Origin: Devosia sp. | GTDB lineage: Bacteria; Pseudomonadota; Alphaproteobacteria; Rhizobiales; Devosiaceae | DNA: 58,602 bases | Direction: 5' to 3' | Assembly: GCA_039808625.1 (NCBI GenBank) | Contig: JBDHTK010000001.1 | Span: 1 to 58,602, forward strand | Shown: positions 29,022 to 40,278 of the stretch, piece by piece | How the letters are laid out: each line of letters begins with the position of its first letter | Position numbering within the stretch: the first letter of the stretch is position 1 | The notes under the pieces: generated by a model | Told to the model about the DNA's origin: nothing | The model's input: only the letters and a program-made list of their open reading frames with translations | The model's database searches: none | Program-made: the position numbers and the translations under genes

Positions 29022-30085
29022 ATGCAGACACTCACCGAAGCGCAGATGACGCGCCTCGTCGAGAGCGTGTTGCGGGCCGCCGGCCTGTCGCAGGCGGAGG
29101 CGGCCGCGTGCGCGGCGGCTTCGGTCTTCGCCGATCTGCGCGGCGCGGCGACGCATGGTCTCGTCTATATCGTGCCGCGCACGCTCGAGAGCATCGCCGC
29201 CGGCAAGACCGTGTCGGGAGCGAGGCCGACGCTGCGCAAAGAAACGGGCGCCGCGGCGCTGATGAAGGCGGCCGGCGTGCCCGGCCCCGTCGCCGGCCGC
29301 GAGGCAATGCTGCTCGCGGTGCGCAAGGCGAAGGAGCAGGGGATCGGAGCCGTCAACATGTTCAACGGCAATCCGATCGGCCTGCTCGGCTACTATGCCA
29401 ACCTCGCCGCCAGCGAAAAGATGATCGGCATCGTCATGGCGAATACGGCGCCCGCGGCGGCACCCCATGGCGCAACGAGCGCCGTGCTGGGCACCAATCC
29501 GTTCGCCTATGCGGCACCGTCGCGCGACAGCCATCCCGTCCTCTTCGATGCTGCCACCACCGTCGCGTCGGCCGGCAAGCTGATGCAGGTCAGGCGGCAG
29601 GGCGTGCCCGTTCCTGCCGGCTGGCTGACCGACGCAGCGGGCAATCCCGTGACCGATGCGGCGCACGCCAAGGGGGCCGTCATGCTGCCCTGCGGCGGGC
29701 ACAAGGGGTCCGCGCTCGCCATTCTCATCCACCTGCTGACGGGAGGCCTTTCCGGCACCAGCGTCGGGGGCGAGGAAACGCATGACAACCCCGATCCGGC
29801 GCGGCGCGGGCAGGGAGCCCTGTTTCTGGCCATCGACCCGGAGCTGTTCGGCGGCAGCGCGGTCTTCGAGACGATGGTCGAGCGGCAGATCGGCTTCATC
29901 CATGCGGCGCGGCCGCTGCCGGGCAAGGACCACGCGCTCTATCCCGGCGAGCGCGGCTGGGCAGAGCTGGACGCGCGGCGGCAGCGCGGCATCCCGGTTC
30001 CCGACGAAGACTGGAAGCTGGTCGTCGAGGCGGTGGCGGCGGCGAAGCTGCCGGCCGACCTCGTGGCCTCCGCATCGGCGCCGGC

Positions 30086-30089
<4 letters not shown>
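29022..30089 (+). CDS. Ldh_2 (malate/L-lactate/ureidoglycolate dehydrogenase) family oxidoreductase
   Basis: ADLRGAATHG, LGTNPFA, GGHKGS, YPGE. Confidence 0.85.
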
Positions 30090-31155
<1,066 letters not shown>

Positions 31156-31159
<4 letters not shown>

Positions 31160-32217
31160 ACCTCTTCGCCGGCGACGGACAAGCCACGGACGTGGATGCG
31201 CCGCGCCCGCTCCTCGAAGTCCGCAATCTCGTCAAGCATTTCGGCGTGCCGGAAGGCCGGCGCGCGACTCCGCGCCAGCGGCAGGGTGCGGTACGGGCCG
31301 TCGATGGCATCTCGCTCACGGTCGGGCGCGGCGAGACGCTGGGCCTCGTGGGCGAATCCGGCTGCGGCAAGTCCACCGCCGGGCGGGCGATCATCCAGTT
31401 GCACAAGCCGACCTCGGGCGAGGTGCATTTCGACGGCACCGAGCTCACCGCGCTCGACGACCGACAGATGCGCCGCATGCGGCGGCACATGCAGATGGTC
31501 TTCCAGGACCCCTATGCCTCCCTCAACCCCAAGATGACGGTCGGCGACATGATCGCCGAGCCCATGCATATCCATGACACGATCCCGCGGCGTGCGCGCC
31601 GCGACCAGGTCAACGAGCTGCTCGGCCTGGTTGGGCTCGATGCGCGCTATGCCAACCGCTATGCGCACGAGTTCTCCGGCGGGCAGCGCCAGCGCATCGG
31701 CATCGCGCGCGCGCTGGCGGCGGAGCCGGAACTGATCGTGTGCGACGAGCCCGTCTCGGCGCTCGACGTTTCGATCCAGGCGCAGATCATCAATCTGCTC
31801 GAAGACCTGCAGGGCCGGCTCGGGCTGTCGTACCTGTTCATTGCCCACGACCTGTCGGTGGTCCGGCATATCTCCAATCGCGTGGCGGTCATGTATCTGG
31901 GCCGCATCGTTGAAATCGCCGACCGCAACGCACTCTACGAGAACCCGAAGCATCCCTATACGAAGGCGCTGCTGTCGGCGGTTCCGACGCCCGACCCCGA
32001 GCTCGAAGGCAAGCGCGAGCGCATCATCCTGAGCGGCGACGTGCCGAGCCCGGCCAACCCGCCGTCAGGATGCCGGTTCCGCACGCGCTGCCCGCAGGCG
32101 ATGCCGATCTGCGCGACCATCGAGCCGGCCATGACGACAGTCGGCGACCGGCACGAGGTCGCCTGCCTCCTGCACGATCCGAAGGCTGCCGGCGCGGCGC
32201 CGGCAGCGACCCCATAA
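31156..32217 (+). CDS. Peptide/nickel-type ABC ATPase (DppF-like)
   Basis: [26 protein letters not shown]; ATGA overlap. Confidence 0.9.
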
Positions 32218-32239
32218 GCACGGCCGGGAAGGGGAACCC

Positions 32240-33157
32240 ATGGCACGCTATCTGCTGAGCCGGCTGATCCAGTCTTTCTTCGTGCTCGCCGGGCTCATCA
32301 TCATGGTGTTCGTCGTGACGCGCCAGATCGGCGACGTCGCGCGGCTCATGCTGCCGGTCGATGCCTCGCAGGAGCAATATCTGCAGATGCGCCGGCAGAT
32401 CGGCGCCGACGATCCGATCGTCATTCAGTTCGGCCGGTATCTCGGCGAGCTGCTGCGTGGCGATTTCGGCGTCTCGCTGTGGCAGAACGTGCCGGCGATG
32501 GATCTCGTCATCGGGCGTTTCCTGCCCACCGCCTATCTCACGCTGGCGACGCTGAGCTTTTCGATCCTCGTCGCGCTGGTCATCGGCACGGCGGCGGCGC
32601 TGAAGCCGGGCTCGCTCGGCGATCGCATCGCCACGGTGATCTCGATCTTCGGCATCTCGGTGCCGTCGTTCTGGCTGGCCCTTGTGCTCATCACCGTATT
32701 TGCCGTGGGCCTCGGCATGTTCAGAACGTCGGGCTATGGCGGCCTGGAATATCTCGTGCTTCCCGTCATGGCGCTGTCGGCCGCGAGCGTGGGGCGCTTC
32801 GCGCAGATCGTGAAGAGCAGCATGCTCGACGTGCTGACGTCGCAATATCTGGTGATGGCGCGGGCCAAGGGGCTGCAGGAGCACGTCGTGCTCATCAGGC
32901 ACGCCTTGCGCAATGCGCTGCTGCCTATCCTGACGATCATCGGCGATGAGATCATCGGCCTGCTCAACGGCGCGGTGGCGATCGAGCTCATCTTCGGCTG
33001 GCCCGGCATCGGCGTGCTGACGCTGGAGGCGATCGAGCGCCGCGACTTCGTCGTCATTCAGGCGTGCGTGCTGTTCGTCGCCATCATCGTCGTCGTCGTC
33101 AACCTGCTGATCGATCTTCTCTACGCCTGGGCCGACCCCCGCATAAGGTACGCATGA
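32240..33157 (+). CDS. Peptide/nickel-type ABC permease (DppB-like)
   Basis: GDFGVS, ARAKGL, HALRNA, DPRIR. Confidence 0.9.
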   Translation: MARYLLSRLIQSFFVLAGLIIMVFVVTRQIGDVARLMLPVDASQEQYLQMRRQIGADDPIVIQFGRYLGELLRGDFGVSLWQNVPAMDLVIGRFLPTAYLTLATLSFSILVALVIGTAAALKPGSLGDRIATVISIFGISVPSFWLALVLITVFAVGLGMFRTSGYGGLEYLVLPVMALSAASVGRFAQIVKSSMLDVLTSQYLVMARAKGLQEHVVLIRHALRNALLPILTIIGDEIIGLLNGAVAIELIFGWPGIGVLTLEAIERRDFVVIQACVLFVAIIVVVVNLLIDLLYAWADPRIRYA

Positions 33158-34074
33158 TGACAGCCTCCGAGACCATGCTGGTGGAGCTCGATGGGGAGCG
33201 GCGGCAGAAGCCGCCCTCCGCCCTGAGCCTGCTGCTGCACGATCCCGTCGCGTTGAGTGCAGCGCTGTTCGTCATCGTCGTCGTGCTCGCGGCCCTGTCG
33301 GCGGACCTGCTGGTGCATTTCGACGTGCTGCACGAGCCGCTGCGCCAGAACCTGCTGGCGCGCAACAAGCCGCCATTGTTCGAAAGCAAGCTCGGCCTGC
33401 ACCTGCTCGGCACCGACCAGCTGGGGCGCGACCTGCTCAGCCGCCTCGTCTTCGGCGCGAGGATCTCCCTGGGCATCGGCGTCGTCACCATCCTCGTTTC
33501 GGGCGCCGTCGGCGTCGCCCTCGGCCTTGTCGCGGGGTACCGGGGCGGCCGGGTCGACGACGTCATCATGCGGCTGACCGACATCCAGATGGGCTTTCCG
33601 CAGATGCTGCTTGCGCTCATCGTGATCTACGCGGCCGGCGCGAGCGTCTTCAACCTGATCCTCGTGCTGGCGCTGACGCGCTGGATGGTGATCGCGCGCG
33701 TGACACGGGCGAGTTGCCTGTCGCTGCGCCAGTCGCTGTTCGTCGAGGCGGCACGCTCGCTCGGCGCGTCGCATCTGCGCATCGTCGTGCTGCACATCCT
33801 GCCGAACCTGACGGCGACGCTGATGATCCTGATCTCGCTGGAGTTCGGCCGCGTCATGCTGGCCGAGGCGGGCCTCAGCTTCATCGGCATGGGCATTCAG
33901 CCGCCGGAAGCGTCGTGGGGGCTGATGCTCGCCCAGGGACGGGCCTACATCACCTCGGCCTGGTGGCTCGTCACCTTCCCCGGCCTCGCGATTGCGCTCA
34001 CGACGCTGTCCACCAACCTGCTGGCCGGCTGGGTCCGCGGCGTCACCGACCCGCGCTACCGCAGCCGCCTCTAG
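33154..34074 (+). CDS. Peptide/nickel-type ABC permease (DppC-like)
   Basis: LGTDQLGRD, FVEAARSLGAS, PPEASWG; ATGA overlap. Confidence 0.9.
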   Translation: MMTASETMLVELDGERRQKPPSALSLLLHDPVALSAALFVIVVVLAALSADLLVHFDVLHEPLRQNLLARNKPPLFESKLGLHLLGTDQLGRDLLSRLVFGARISLGIGVVTILVSGAVGVALGLVAGYRGGRVDDVIMRLTDIQMGFPQMLLALIVIYAAGASVFNLILVLALTRWMVIARVTRASCLSLRQSLFVEAARSLGASHLRIVVLHILPNLTATLMILISLEFGRVMLAEAGLSFIGMGIQPPEASWGLMLAQGRAYITSAWWLVTFPGLAIALTTLSTNLLAGWVRGVTDPRYRSRL

Positions 34075-34117
34075 CCAGCATGCTTTTTTTCCCGACAGGC
34101 GAAGGATTTCCCGGTGC

Positions 34118-34161
34118 TTGTCAAACCGCCGACAAACGCAGGCGGAGCGTCGCGCGAAGAT
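34118..34161 (+). promoter_or_regulatory. Second Crp-family site plus -10 (internal promoter for the binding protein gene)
   Basis: TTGTCA-N6-CGACAA (34118-34135), centre 34126.5; GAAGAT at 34156-34161 gives the same -41.5 geometry. Confidence 0.6.
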
Positions 34162-34200
34162 GCGGCCGGCCACGTCACAGGAGCCTAGGGAGAATCGAGC

Positions 34201-35736
34201 ATGACCAGTCTATTTCGACAGTGGGGATGGGCGCGCGCGACGCGTTTCGCACTCATGGCTGCGCTGGCAGCGGTGCCGGTTGCCAGCGCACAGCCAGCCC
34301 TTGCAAAGGCGAGCGGGCAGATCACCATCGCCGTTCCGGCCGAGCCGGAATCGTTGCTGCCGCGAAACGGCTGCTCCTATACATCGCAGTTCGTCACCGA
34401 CAATGTCTATGAGCGGCTGCTGCGCCGCGAGGCCGACGGCACGTTCAGCGGCTGGCTGGCCGAATCCTATGAGCGCATCGACGAGCTGACCTGGCGTTTC
34501 AAGCTCAGGCAGGGGATCACCTTCACCAATGGCGAGCCCTTCAATGCCGATTCCGTCGTCAACGGCATTGCCTATTACCGCGATCCGGCTTTCGCGTCGC
34601 AGTGCATTTCCGACTACATCAGCCTCGATACGGCGGTCAAAGTGGATGACTATACCGTCGATGTCACGACCCGCTATCCGGACCCGAACTTCGCGGCCAG
34701 CTTCGGCATCCTGTCGTTCATGCTGCCCAAGGACTGGCTGAACGACACGCCCGACACGCAGGCGTCGACGACGATGGTCGGCACCGGTCCCTACATGCTG
34801 ACCGAGTGGGTCAAGGGATCGCACCTGACCCTGACGGCCAATCCGAACTACTGGGGCGAGCCGAAGCCGACGATCGAGACGATCCGTCTCGTCGCGCGCG
34901 ACGAGGGAGAGGTGCGCGCCGCGATGGTCAAGGCGGGAGAAGCCGACATCGCAATCAACCTCAGCCCCGAGCAGGCGGAGCAGATGCCCAAGACGGCGAA
35001 GGAACTGACCACCGAGGCCGTGCTGATCCGCATCAACACGCTGCATCCGGTGCTCTCCGACATCCGCGTGCGGCGTGCCATCGCCCTGTCGATCGACAAC
35101 CAGATGCTGATCGATGCGCTGTTCCCGGGCATCTCCAGCCCGCTGAACGGCCAGATCGCGCGGCCGAGCGCGCGGGGCTACAATCCCGACCTCGCGCCCT
35201 ATCCGTACGATCCGGCGGAGGCCCGGCGGCTCGTCACGGAGGCCGGCGCGACCGGAACCGAGCTCGAATTCTACCTGCGCAGCGACCTCATGCCTGGGGT
35301 CGGCGAGCTCGGCGAGGCGGTACAGGCGATGGTCGAGGAGAGCGGGCTCAAGATCAAGCTCGTCATGGTCGAGGCCGCGCCGTGGCGCGAGCTGCTCAAT
35401 GCCCGCAACGAAGGGCAGGCGCGCACCGATCTGTTCATCAGCTCCGCCAGCAACCAGACCTTCGACTCGAGCCGGCTCATCAACGGCTATTTCGGCAACG
35501 GTTCGATGTCGCATGCCGACAACGCCGATTTCGCCGCCCGCTCGGCGGTGGTTGCCGGGCTCGACGGGGAGGAGCGGGCTGCCGGCTATCGGGCGCTGTG
35601 GCAGGAAATCTACGACAATGTCTGGGTGATCCCGCTGTTCGGCCTCGACTACGTGCATGGGCTGTCAAAGCGCGTGAACTGGGCCCCGCGCGACGACAGC
35701 TTCATCTACTGGAACACCGTCACACTCGCCCAGTAA
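34201..35736 (+). CDS. Family-5 ABC substrate-binding protein
   Basis: Signal peptide; WRFKLRQGITFTNGEPFNADSV; VGTGPY; YDPAEAR. Confidence 0.88.
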   Translation: MTSLFRQWGWARATRFALMAALAAVPVASAQPALAKASGQITIAVPAEPESLLPRNGCSYTSQFVTDNVYERLLRREADGTFSGWLAESYERIDELTWRFKLRQGITFTNGEPFNADSVVNGIAYYRDPAFASQCISDYISLDTAVKVDDYTVDVTTRYPDPNFAASFGILSFMLPKDWLNDTPDTQASTTMVGTGPYMLTEWVKGSHLTLTANPNYWGEPKPTIETIRLVARDEGEVRAAMVKAGEADIAINLSPEQAEQMPKTAKELTTEAVLIRINTLHPVLSDIRVRRAIALSIDNQMLIDALFPGISSPLNGQIARPSARGYNPDLAPYPYDPAEARRLVTEAGATGTELEFYLRSDLMPGVGELGEAVQAMVEESGLKIKLVMVEAAPWRELLNARNEGQARTDLFISSASNQTFDSSRLINGYFGNGSMSHADNADFAARSAVVAGLDGEERAAGYRALWQEIYDNVWVIPLFGLDYVHGLSKRVNWAPRDDSFIYWNTVTLAQ

Positions 35737-35750
35737 TCCGGGGCGGCATC

Positions 35751-35778
35751 GCCGGGAGGCGGGTGATCGCCTCCCGGC
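35751..35778 (+). terminator. Stem-loop after the binding protein gene
   Basis: GCCGGGAGGCG-6nt-CGCCTCCCGGC, perfect 11-bp stem, no U tract. Confidence 0.6.
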
Positions 35779-35809
35779 CCAGCCACAGTCTGCCGAAAGA
35801 AGAACACGC

Positions 35810-36802
35810 ATGATCATCATACTGGACCAGAAGTACCAGGACGCCGCACGGGGCAGGTTTGCGGGTCACGAGGTGCGGTACTTTCCCCCCGATTTGTCCG
35901 ACCGTGCGGCCTTTGCCGAGATGCTGTCGGCGGCCACGGTCGCGGGGTTCAGCCGCAAGCTCTCCTTCGACCTCGACGAGGAGCTGCTGGCCTCTGCCAA
36001 GGCCTTGCAGTTCATCCACAAATCGGGGTCCGGCGCCGATTGGTTCGATCTGGACCTGCTCAATCGCAAGGGGATCCTGCTCGGGCTGAACTACGGCTTC
36101 AACGCCGTGACGGTCGCCGAGCATGCGCTGGCGCTGATGCTCATGTGCCTGCGGCGGATGCCCGAATTCGTCGACAGCATGCGCAACGGCCGCTGGGACC
36201 TGATCCTGCCGGGCGAGCCGCTGATGTCGATGCGCGGCAAGCAGGTGGGCATCGTCGGCATCGGCCGCACCGGCACGATCCTCGCCAAGGCGGTGATGGG
36301 CATGGATGCCACCGCAGTCGCCTACCATCCCGACAGGACCAAGGCGCTGCCGCCCGGCGTCACCTGGATGGACCTCGACACGCTGTTCGCGACCTCCGAC
36401 ATCGTCAGCATCCATATCCCGCTCACAGAGGATACGGTGAAGTTCATCACGGCCCGTCATATCGGCCTGATGAAGCCGACCAGCATTTTCATCAACACGG
36501 CGCGCGGGCCAATCGTCGACGAGGCGGCGCTCATCGCGGCGCTGACCGAGCGGCGTATCCGCGCGGCGGGCCTCGACGTATTCGAGACGGAGCCGCCGCC
36601 GCCCGACCACCCGCTGCGGACGCTGCCAAACGTCATCGCCACCCCGCATGTCGGCGGCGGCTCGATCGAGATCGACCAGCAGCAATACGAAGGCACGCTG
36701 GCGAACATCGAGCTCTTCCTTGCGGGCAAGCGACCCGAGCGGCTCGTCAATCCCGAGATTCTCGCCGATGGGCGCGCGCGAGCCCGGCACCTCGCTGGCT
36801 AG
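35810..36802 (+). CDS. D-isomer-specific 2-hydroxyacid dehydrogenase
   Basis: VAEH, GIGRTG, INTARG, DVFETEP, TPHVGG (catalytic R/E/H present). Confidence 0.9.
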   Translation: MIIILDQKYQDAARGRFAGHEVRYFPPDLSDRAAFAEMLSAATVAGFSRKLSFDLDEELLASAKALQFIHKSGSGADWFDLDLLNRKGILLGLNYGFNAVTVAEHALALMLMCLRRMPEFVDSMRNGRWDLILPGEPLMSMRGKQVGIVGIGRTGTILAKAVMGMDATAVAYHPDRTKALPPGVTWMDLDTLFATSDIVSIHIPLTEDTVKFITARHIGLMKPTSIFINTARGPIVDEAALIAALTERRIRAAGLDVFETEPPPPDHPLRTLPNVIATPHVGGGSIEIDQQQYEGTLANIELFLAGKRPERLVNPEILADGRARARHLAG

Positions 36803-36871
36803 CGCACCCAGGGCAAAGCGTCGTTCCGGGCGTGGCGTCCAGCCGTGCGCCCTATCCACACGAGGAAATTC

Positions 36872-37807
36872 ATGATGAGCAAATTGATCGATACCAAGGA
36901 GCTGGCGGCGTCCGTCGTCGCCGTCCCGCCGCTTGCATTGCATGAGGACGGCACCGTCAATGTCGCGGCGAACCTGGCTGTCGGCACGCATATCCGCAAG
37001 GGTGGGGTGCGCTACATCCTCTACGGCGGCAACGCCAATCTCTATCACTACACGCTCGAGCGCTACGCCGAGGCGATGGAGACGATCGAGACGGTCGCGG
37101 CCCAGCTCGACGTCGAGGTCATCACCTCGATCGGCCCCGATTTCGGCAAGGCGATGGACCAGATCGCCCTGATCGAGAAGACGGCGCTCAAGAACGTCAT
37201 GGTGCTGCCAACCGCGATGCCATTCGATTCGCACGGCGTGGGCGTGGGCGTGCGGCGTCTGGCGGATCGGTTGGGGCGTGGCCTCATCCTCTATATCCGG
37301 CGCGAGAACTACATTCACCCGGTGACGCTGGAGCGGTTGCTGAAGGACGAGGCGATCCGCTTCGTCAAATATGCCGTGGAGCGGGCGGACCCCGCCGACG
37401 ATCCCTATCTGGATTCCCTGCTCGCCGTGGCCGGGCCGGACCTCATCACCAGCGGCATGGGCGAGGAGCCGACGCTCAATCATGTCGGCGAACGCAAGCT
37501 GGCAACCTTCACCTCGGGGGCGGTATGCATCGCCCCGGCCGCGTCGCAGCGGCTGCTGCGTGCCCTCAAGGCGGAGCGGTACGCCGAGGCGCGGGAGCTG
37601 ATCGCGCCGTTCATCGCCTTCGAGCGCGTGCGGGCGCGGCGCGGCACATTGCAGGCGCTGCACGAGGCTGTGTCGCAGCACATCCTCGATATGGGGCCGC
37701 TGACGCCGATGGTGTCGAATGTGAAGGCGCAGTTCCGCAACGAGGTGACCGAAGTGCTCCCCGCGCTGGTCGAGGCCGAGAGAGCCGCCGTCGCGCTGGC
37801 CTCCTGA
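36872..37807 (+). CDS. Dihydrodipicolinate synthase/class I aldolase superfamily protein
   Basis: AVPPL, LYGGNAN, ILYIR, Schiff-base Lys in FVKYA, SGMGE. Confidence 0.75.
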   Translation: MMSKLIDTKELAASVVAVPPLALHEDGTVNVAANLAVGTHIRKGGVRYILYGGNANLYHYTLERYAEAMETIETVAAQLDVEVITSIGPDFGKAMDQIALIEKTALKNVMVLPTAMPFDSHGVGVGVRRLADRLGRGLILYIRRENYIHPVTLERLLKDEAIRFVKYAVERADPADDPYLDSLLAVAGPDLITSGMGEEPTLNHVGERKLATFTSGAVCIAPAASQRLLRALKAERYAEARELIAPFIAFERVRARRGTLQALHEAVSQHILDMGPLTPMVSNVKAQFRNEVTEVLPALVEAERAAVALAS

Positions 37808-37816
37808 GCTTCCGCC

Positions 37817-38476
37817 ATGCCGTCGATCCTGCTCGTCAATCCCAATACCACGGCGTCGATGACCGACAAGATCGCGGCAGCGGCGGCGGCCGTGGCCGGC
37901 AGCCATACCCGGATTGCCGCGCGTAATCCGGCGACGGGCCCTGCGGCCATCGAGGGACGCGAGGACGGGGCGGCGGCGCTGCCCGGCCTGCTGGAGGTGA
38001 TCGAGCGCGCCGAGGGTTTCGACGCCATCGTGATCGCCTGCTTCGACGATACGGGGCTGGCCGAGGCGCGGCGTCGCGCCCGCGTGCCGGTGCTCGGCAT
38101 CGGCGAGGCGGCGTTTCACGTCGCGTCGCTCGTCGCGCCCTCCTTCTCGGTGGTGACGACGCTCGCCGTGTCGGTGCCGATCATTGCCGACAACATCGCC
38201 GGCTACGGGTTCGGCCGGCAATGCCGCGCCGTGCGGGCCTCCAATGTCCCCGTGCTGGCCCTCGAGGGGCCGGGCATGGAGGCGCGCGACAAGGTGTCGG
38301 CGGAGATCGCCGCGGCACTGCGCGAGGATGGCTGTGCCGCCATCATCCTCGGCTGCGCAGGGATGACCGATCTGGCGGCGGATCTGTCGCGGCAGCATGG
38401 CGTGCCGGTCATCGATGGCGTCGCGGCGGCGGTGAAGCTGGCCGAGGCCAGCATCGGCTTCTCCCGGCCGGCCTGA
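37817..38476 (+). CDS. Hydantoin/allantoin racemase family (Asp/Glu racemase superfamily)
   Basis: VNPNTT, IACFDD, LGCAGM (both catalytic Cys), VIDGV. Confidence 0.88.
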   Translation: MPSILLVNPNTTASMTDKIAAAAAAVAGSHTRIAARNPATGPAAIEGREDGAAALPGLLEVIERAEGFDAIVIACFDDTGLAEARRRARVPVLGIGEAAFHVASLVAPSFSVVTTLAVSVPIIADNIAGYGFGRQCRAVRASNVPVLALEGPGMEARDKVSAEIAAALREDGCAAIILGCAGMTDLAADLSRQHGVPVIDGVAAAVKLAEASIGFSRPA

Positions 38477-38496
38477 ATGCAAGTAGCGACCGCGGC

Positions 38497-40206
38497 CTAC
38501 GCGCCGGCGCCACGGGCATCGCAGGCCGGCACGCCCGGCACGGGGCAGCGCAGGGCGAGGATGCTGCCGGACCAGGGGGCCTCGCTCAGGCGCCGCTCAG
38601 GCAGGCCGAGGCGACCGGTGGTGATGTAGAGCGTCTGCCTTCCGGCTCCGCCGAAGCAGCAGTCGATCGGCTTGGGGACGGGCAGGGGAACGATGCGCTC
38701 GATGCGGCCGGCCGGGTCGTAGCGCGTGACCGACCAGCCATCGGCCTGCACGTTCCACACGAAGCCGTCGACGTCGACGGCCAGTCCCGCAGGCCGCCCG
38801 TTTCCCTCCGGCACCCGCGCGAAGATGCGCCGCTCGGAAATCTCACCGCTTTCGGCGTCGAATTTCCAGCTGTAGATCTCGCGCCGCGGCGCGTCGCACA
38901 GGTAGAGATATTTGTCGTCGGGCGACCAGCCGAGGCCGATGGGGATCAGGAAGCCACCGGCCATGGCGACGAACGTGCCGTCGGCCTCGACCCGGCAGAG
39001 CTGGCCGATGGGCCGCGAGATCGACACGTCCTGCGTGGTGACCCAGAGGCGGCCGCGACTGTCGCATTTGCTGGAGTTGAACCGCATATGCGCCGCGCTG
39101 GCCGGCATGTCCGCGACCGTGTGCATGGCGGGACCGGCAGGCGAGACGCTGACGATGCCCTGCGGTATCATCGCAAGCAGGCGGTCGCCGTCCGCGACGA
39201 TACTCGCCGGCACCTCCGGGAGGGCGTGGGATGCAACCTGCGTGTCGCCCGGCGCGGCGATCAGAATGTCCTTCCGCGTGATGTCGACCCAGGCGAGGCG
39301 TTGCTGGCGCGCCAGCCAGACGGGGCTCGAGCCGAGGCCGGCGTCGAAGGCGATCGCCTCTTCGACATCATTGTCTCGCGCGAGCAGCATGCGGCGATTG
39401 CTCCAGGGTTCCGGCGGATTCATGCCCATCATGCCGGAGATGCGCAGCGCCGTCTCGGCGAGATCCTGGCCCAACGCCTCCACCTGTGCCGGATCGAGCG
39501 AGGTGGCCGGTGCATAGATCCCGATTGCCCCGATCGGGTGGCCGAGCTGGTTGCGGATCGCGGCGGCCACGCCCGTCGCCCCCAGCATCGTCTCCGCCTC
39601 GTCGACGGCGTAGCGGCGGTTGGCGGTGTACTCGAGATGGCCGCGCAGGGTTTCCGCGTCGACGATGGTCGCCGCAGTGAAGCCGTTCAGAACGGTGTTC
39701 TCGATCAGCCGCACCTGTTCGCTGTGCGGCAGCGCCGAGAGCACGGCCTTGCCCAGCGCGCTCGAATGCAGGGGAACCTGCTGGCCCACGGCATGCAGCG
39801 CTATCGGGTACTGGTTGTCGAGACGATTGATGGTGACCACCGTGTCGCCGCTGAACACCGCGAGCAGCACGGTATGCTGCGGGTTGCCGGCCAGCCGCTG
39901 CATCTCGCTGTGCGCCGCGGTGCCGACGTCGAAATCCTCCAGCGCCCGCCGGGCCAGATGGATGAGCTTGGCGCCCAGGCGGTATTCGCGCGTCACGCTG
40001 TCGCGCCGCAGCAACTCGGCCTTTTCGAGCGCGAGCAGGATGCGATGCACCGTCGCGGTCGGCATGCGCGAGGCTGCCGCGATCTCGGTGAGCCGCGCCC
40101 GCGGGCCGAGCTCGGCGACGAGATCCAGGATGCGCACGCCCTTGAACAGCAGGTTCGCGCCGCTCGCCTCGGCGGCGCGCTCACCGGTATCGCTTGACAA
40201 AATCAA
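38497..40206 (-). CDS. IclR-family regulator fused to an SMP-30/gluconolactonase/LRE beta-propeller
   Basis: IclR HTH (KGVRIL...TVHRIL...YRLG) and effector domain (PLHSSALGKA), then SGL repeats (WVDI, RFN, WSPD, CFGG...LYIT); TTG start 40206 or 40200 after GGAGG. Confidence 0.85.
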   Translation of the reverse strand: MILSSDTGERAAEASGANLLFKGVRILDLVAELGPRARLTEIAAASRMPTATVHRILLALEKAELLRRDSVTREYRLGAKLIHLARRALEDFDVGTAAHSEMQRLAGNPQHTVLLAVFSGDTVVTINRLDNQYPIALHAVGQQVPLHSSALGKAVLSALPHSEQVRLIENTVLNGFTAATIVDAETLRGHLEYTANRRYAVDEAETMLGATGVAAAIRNQLGHPIGAIGIYAPATSLDPAQVEALGQDLAETALRISGMMGMNPPEPWSNRRMLLARDNDVEEAIAFDAGLGSSPVWLARQQRLAWVDITRKDILIAAPGDTQVASHALPEVPASIVADGDRLLAMIPQGIVSVSPAGPAMHTVADMPASAAHMRFNSSKCDSRGRLWVTTQDVSISRPIGQLCRVEADGTFVAMAGGFLIPIGLGWSPDDKYLYLCDAPRREIYSWKFDAESGEISERRIFARVPEGNGRPAGLAVDVDGFVWNVQADGWSVTRYDPAGRIERIVPLPVPKPIDCCFGGAGRQTLYITTGRLGLPERRLSEAPWSGSILALRCPVPGVPACDARGAGA

Positions 40207-40222
40207 GGTCCTCCCACACGAT

Positions 40223-40257
40223 TATCATAGTATGGAGATGACTACCACATTGTGGAA
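40223..40257. promoter_or_regulatory. Tandem imperfect palindromes, candidate IclR operators
   Basis: TATCATAGTATGGAG (40223) and TACCACATTGTGGAA (40243), 20 bp apart, in the short divergent intergenic region. Confidence 0.55.
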
Positions 40258-40278
40258 ATCAATCAAGAGGAGAGTAGC

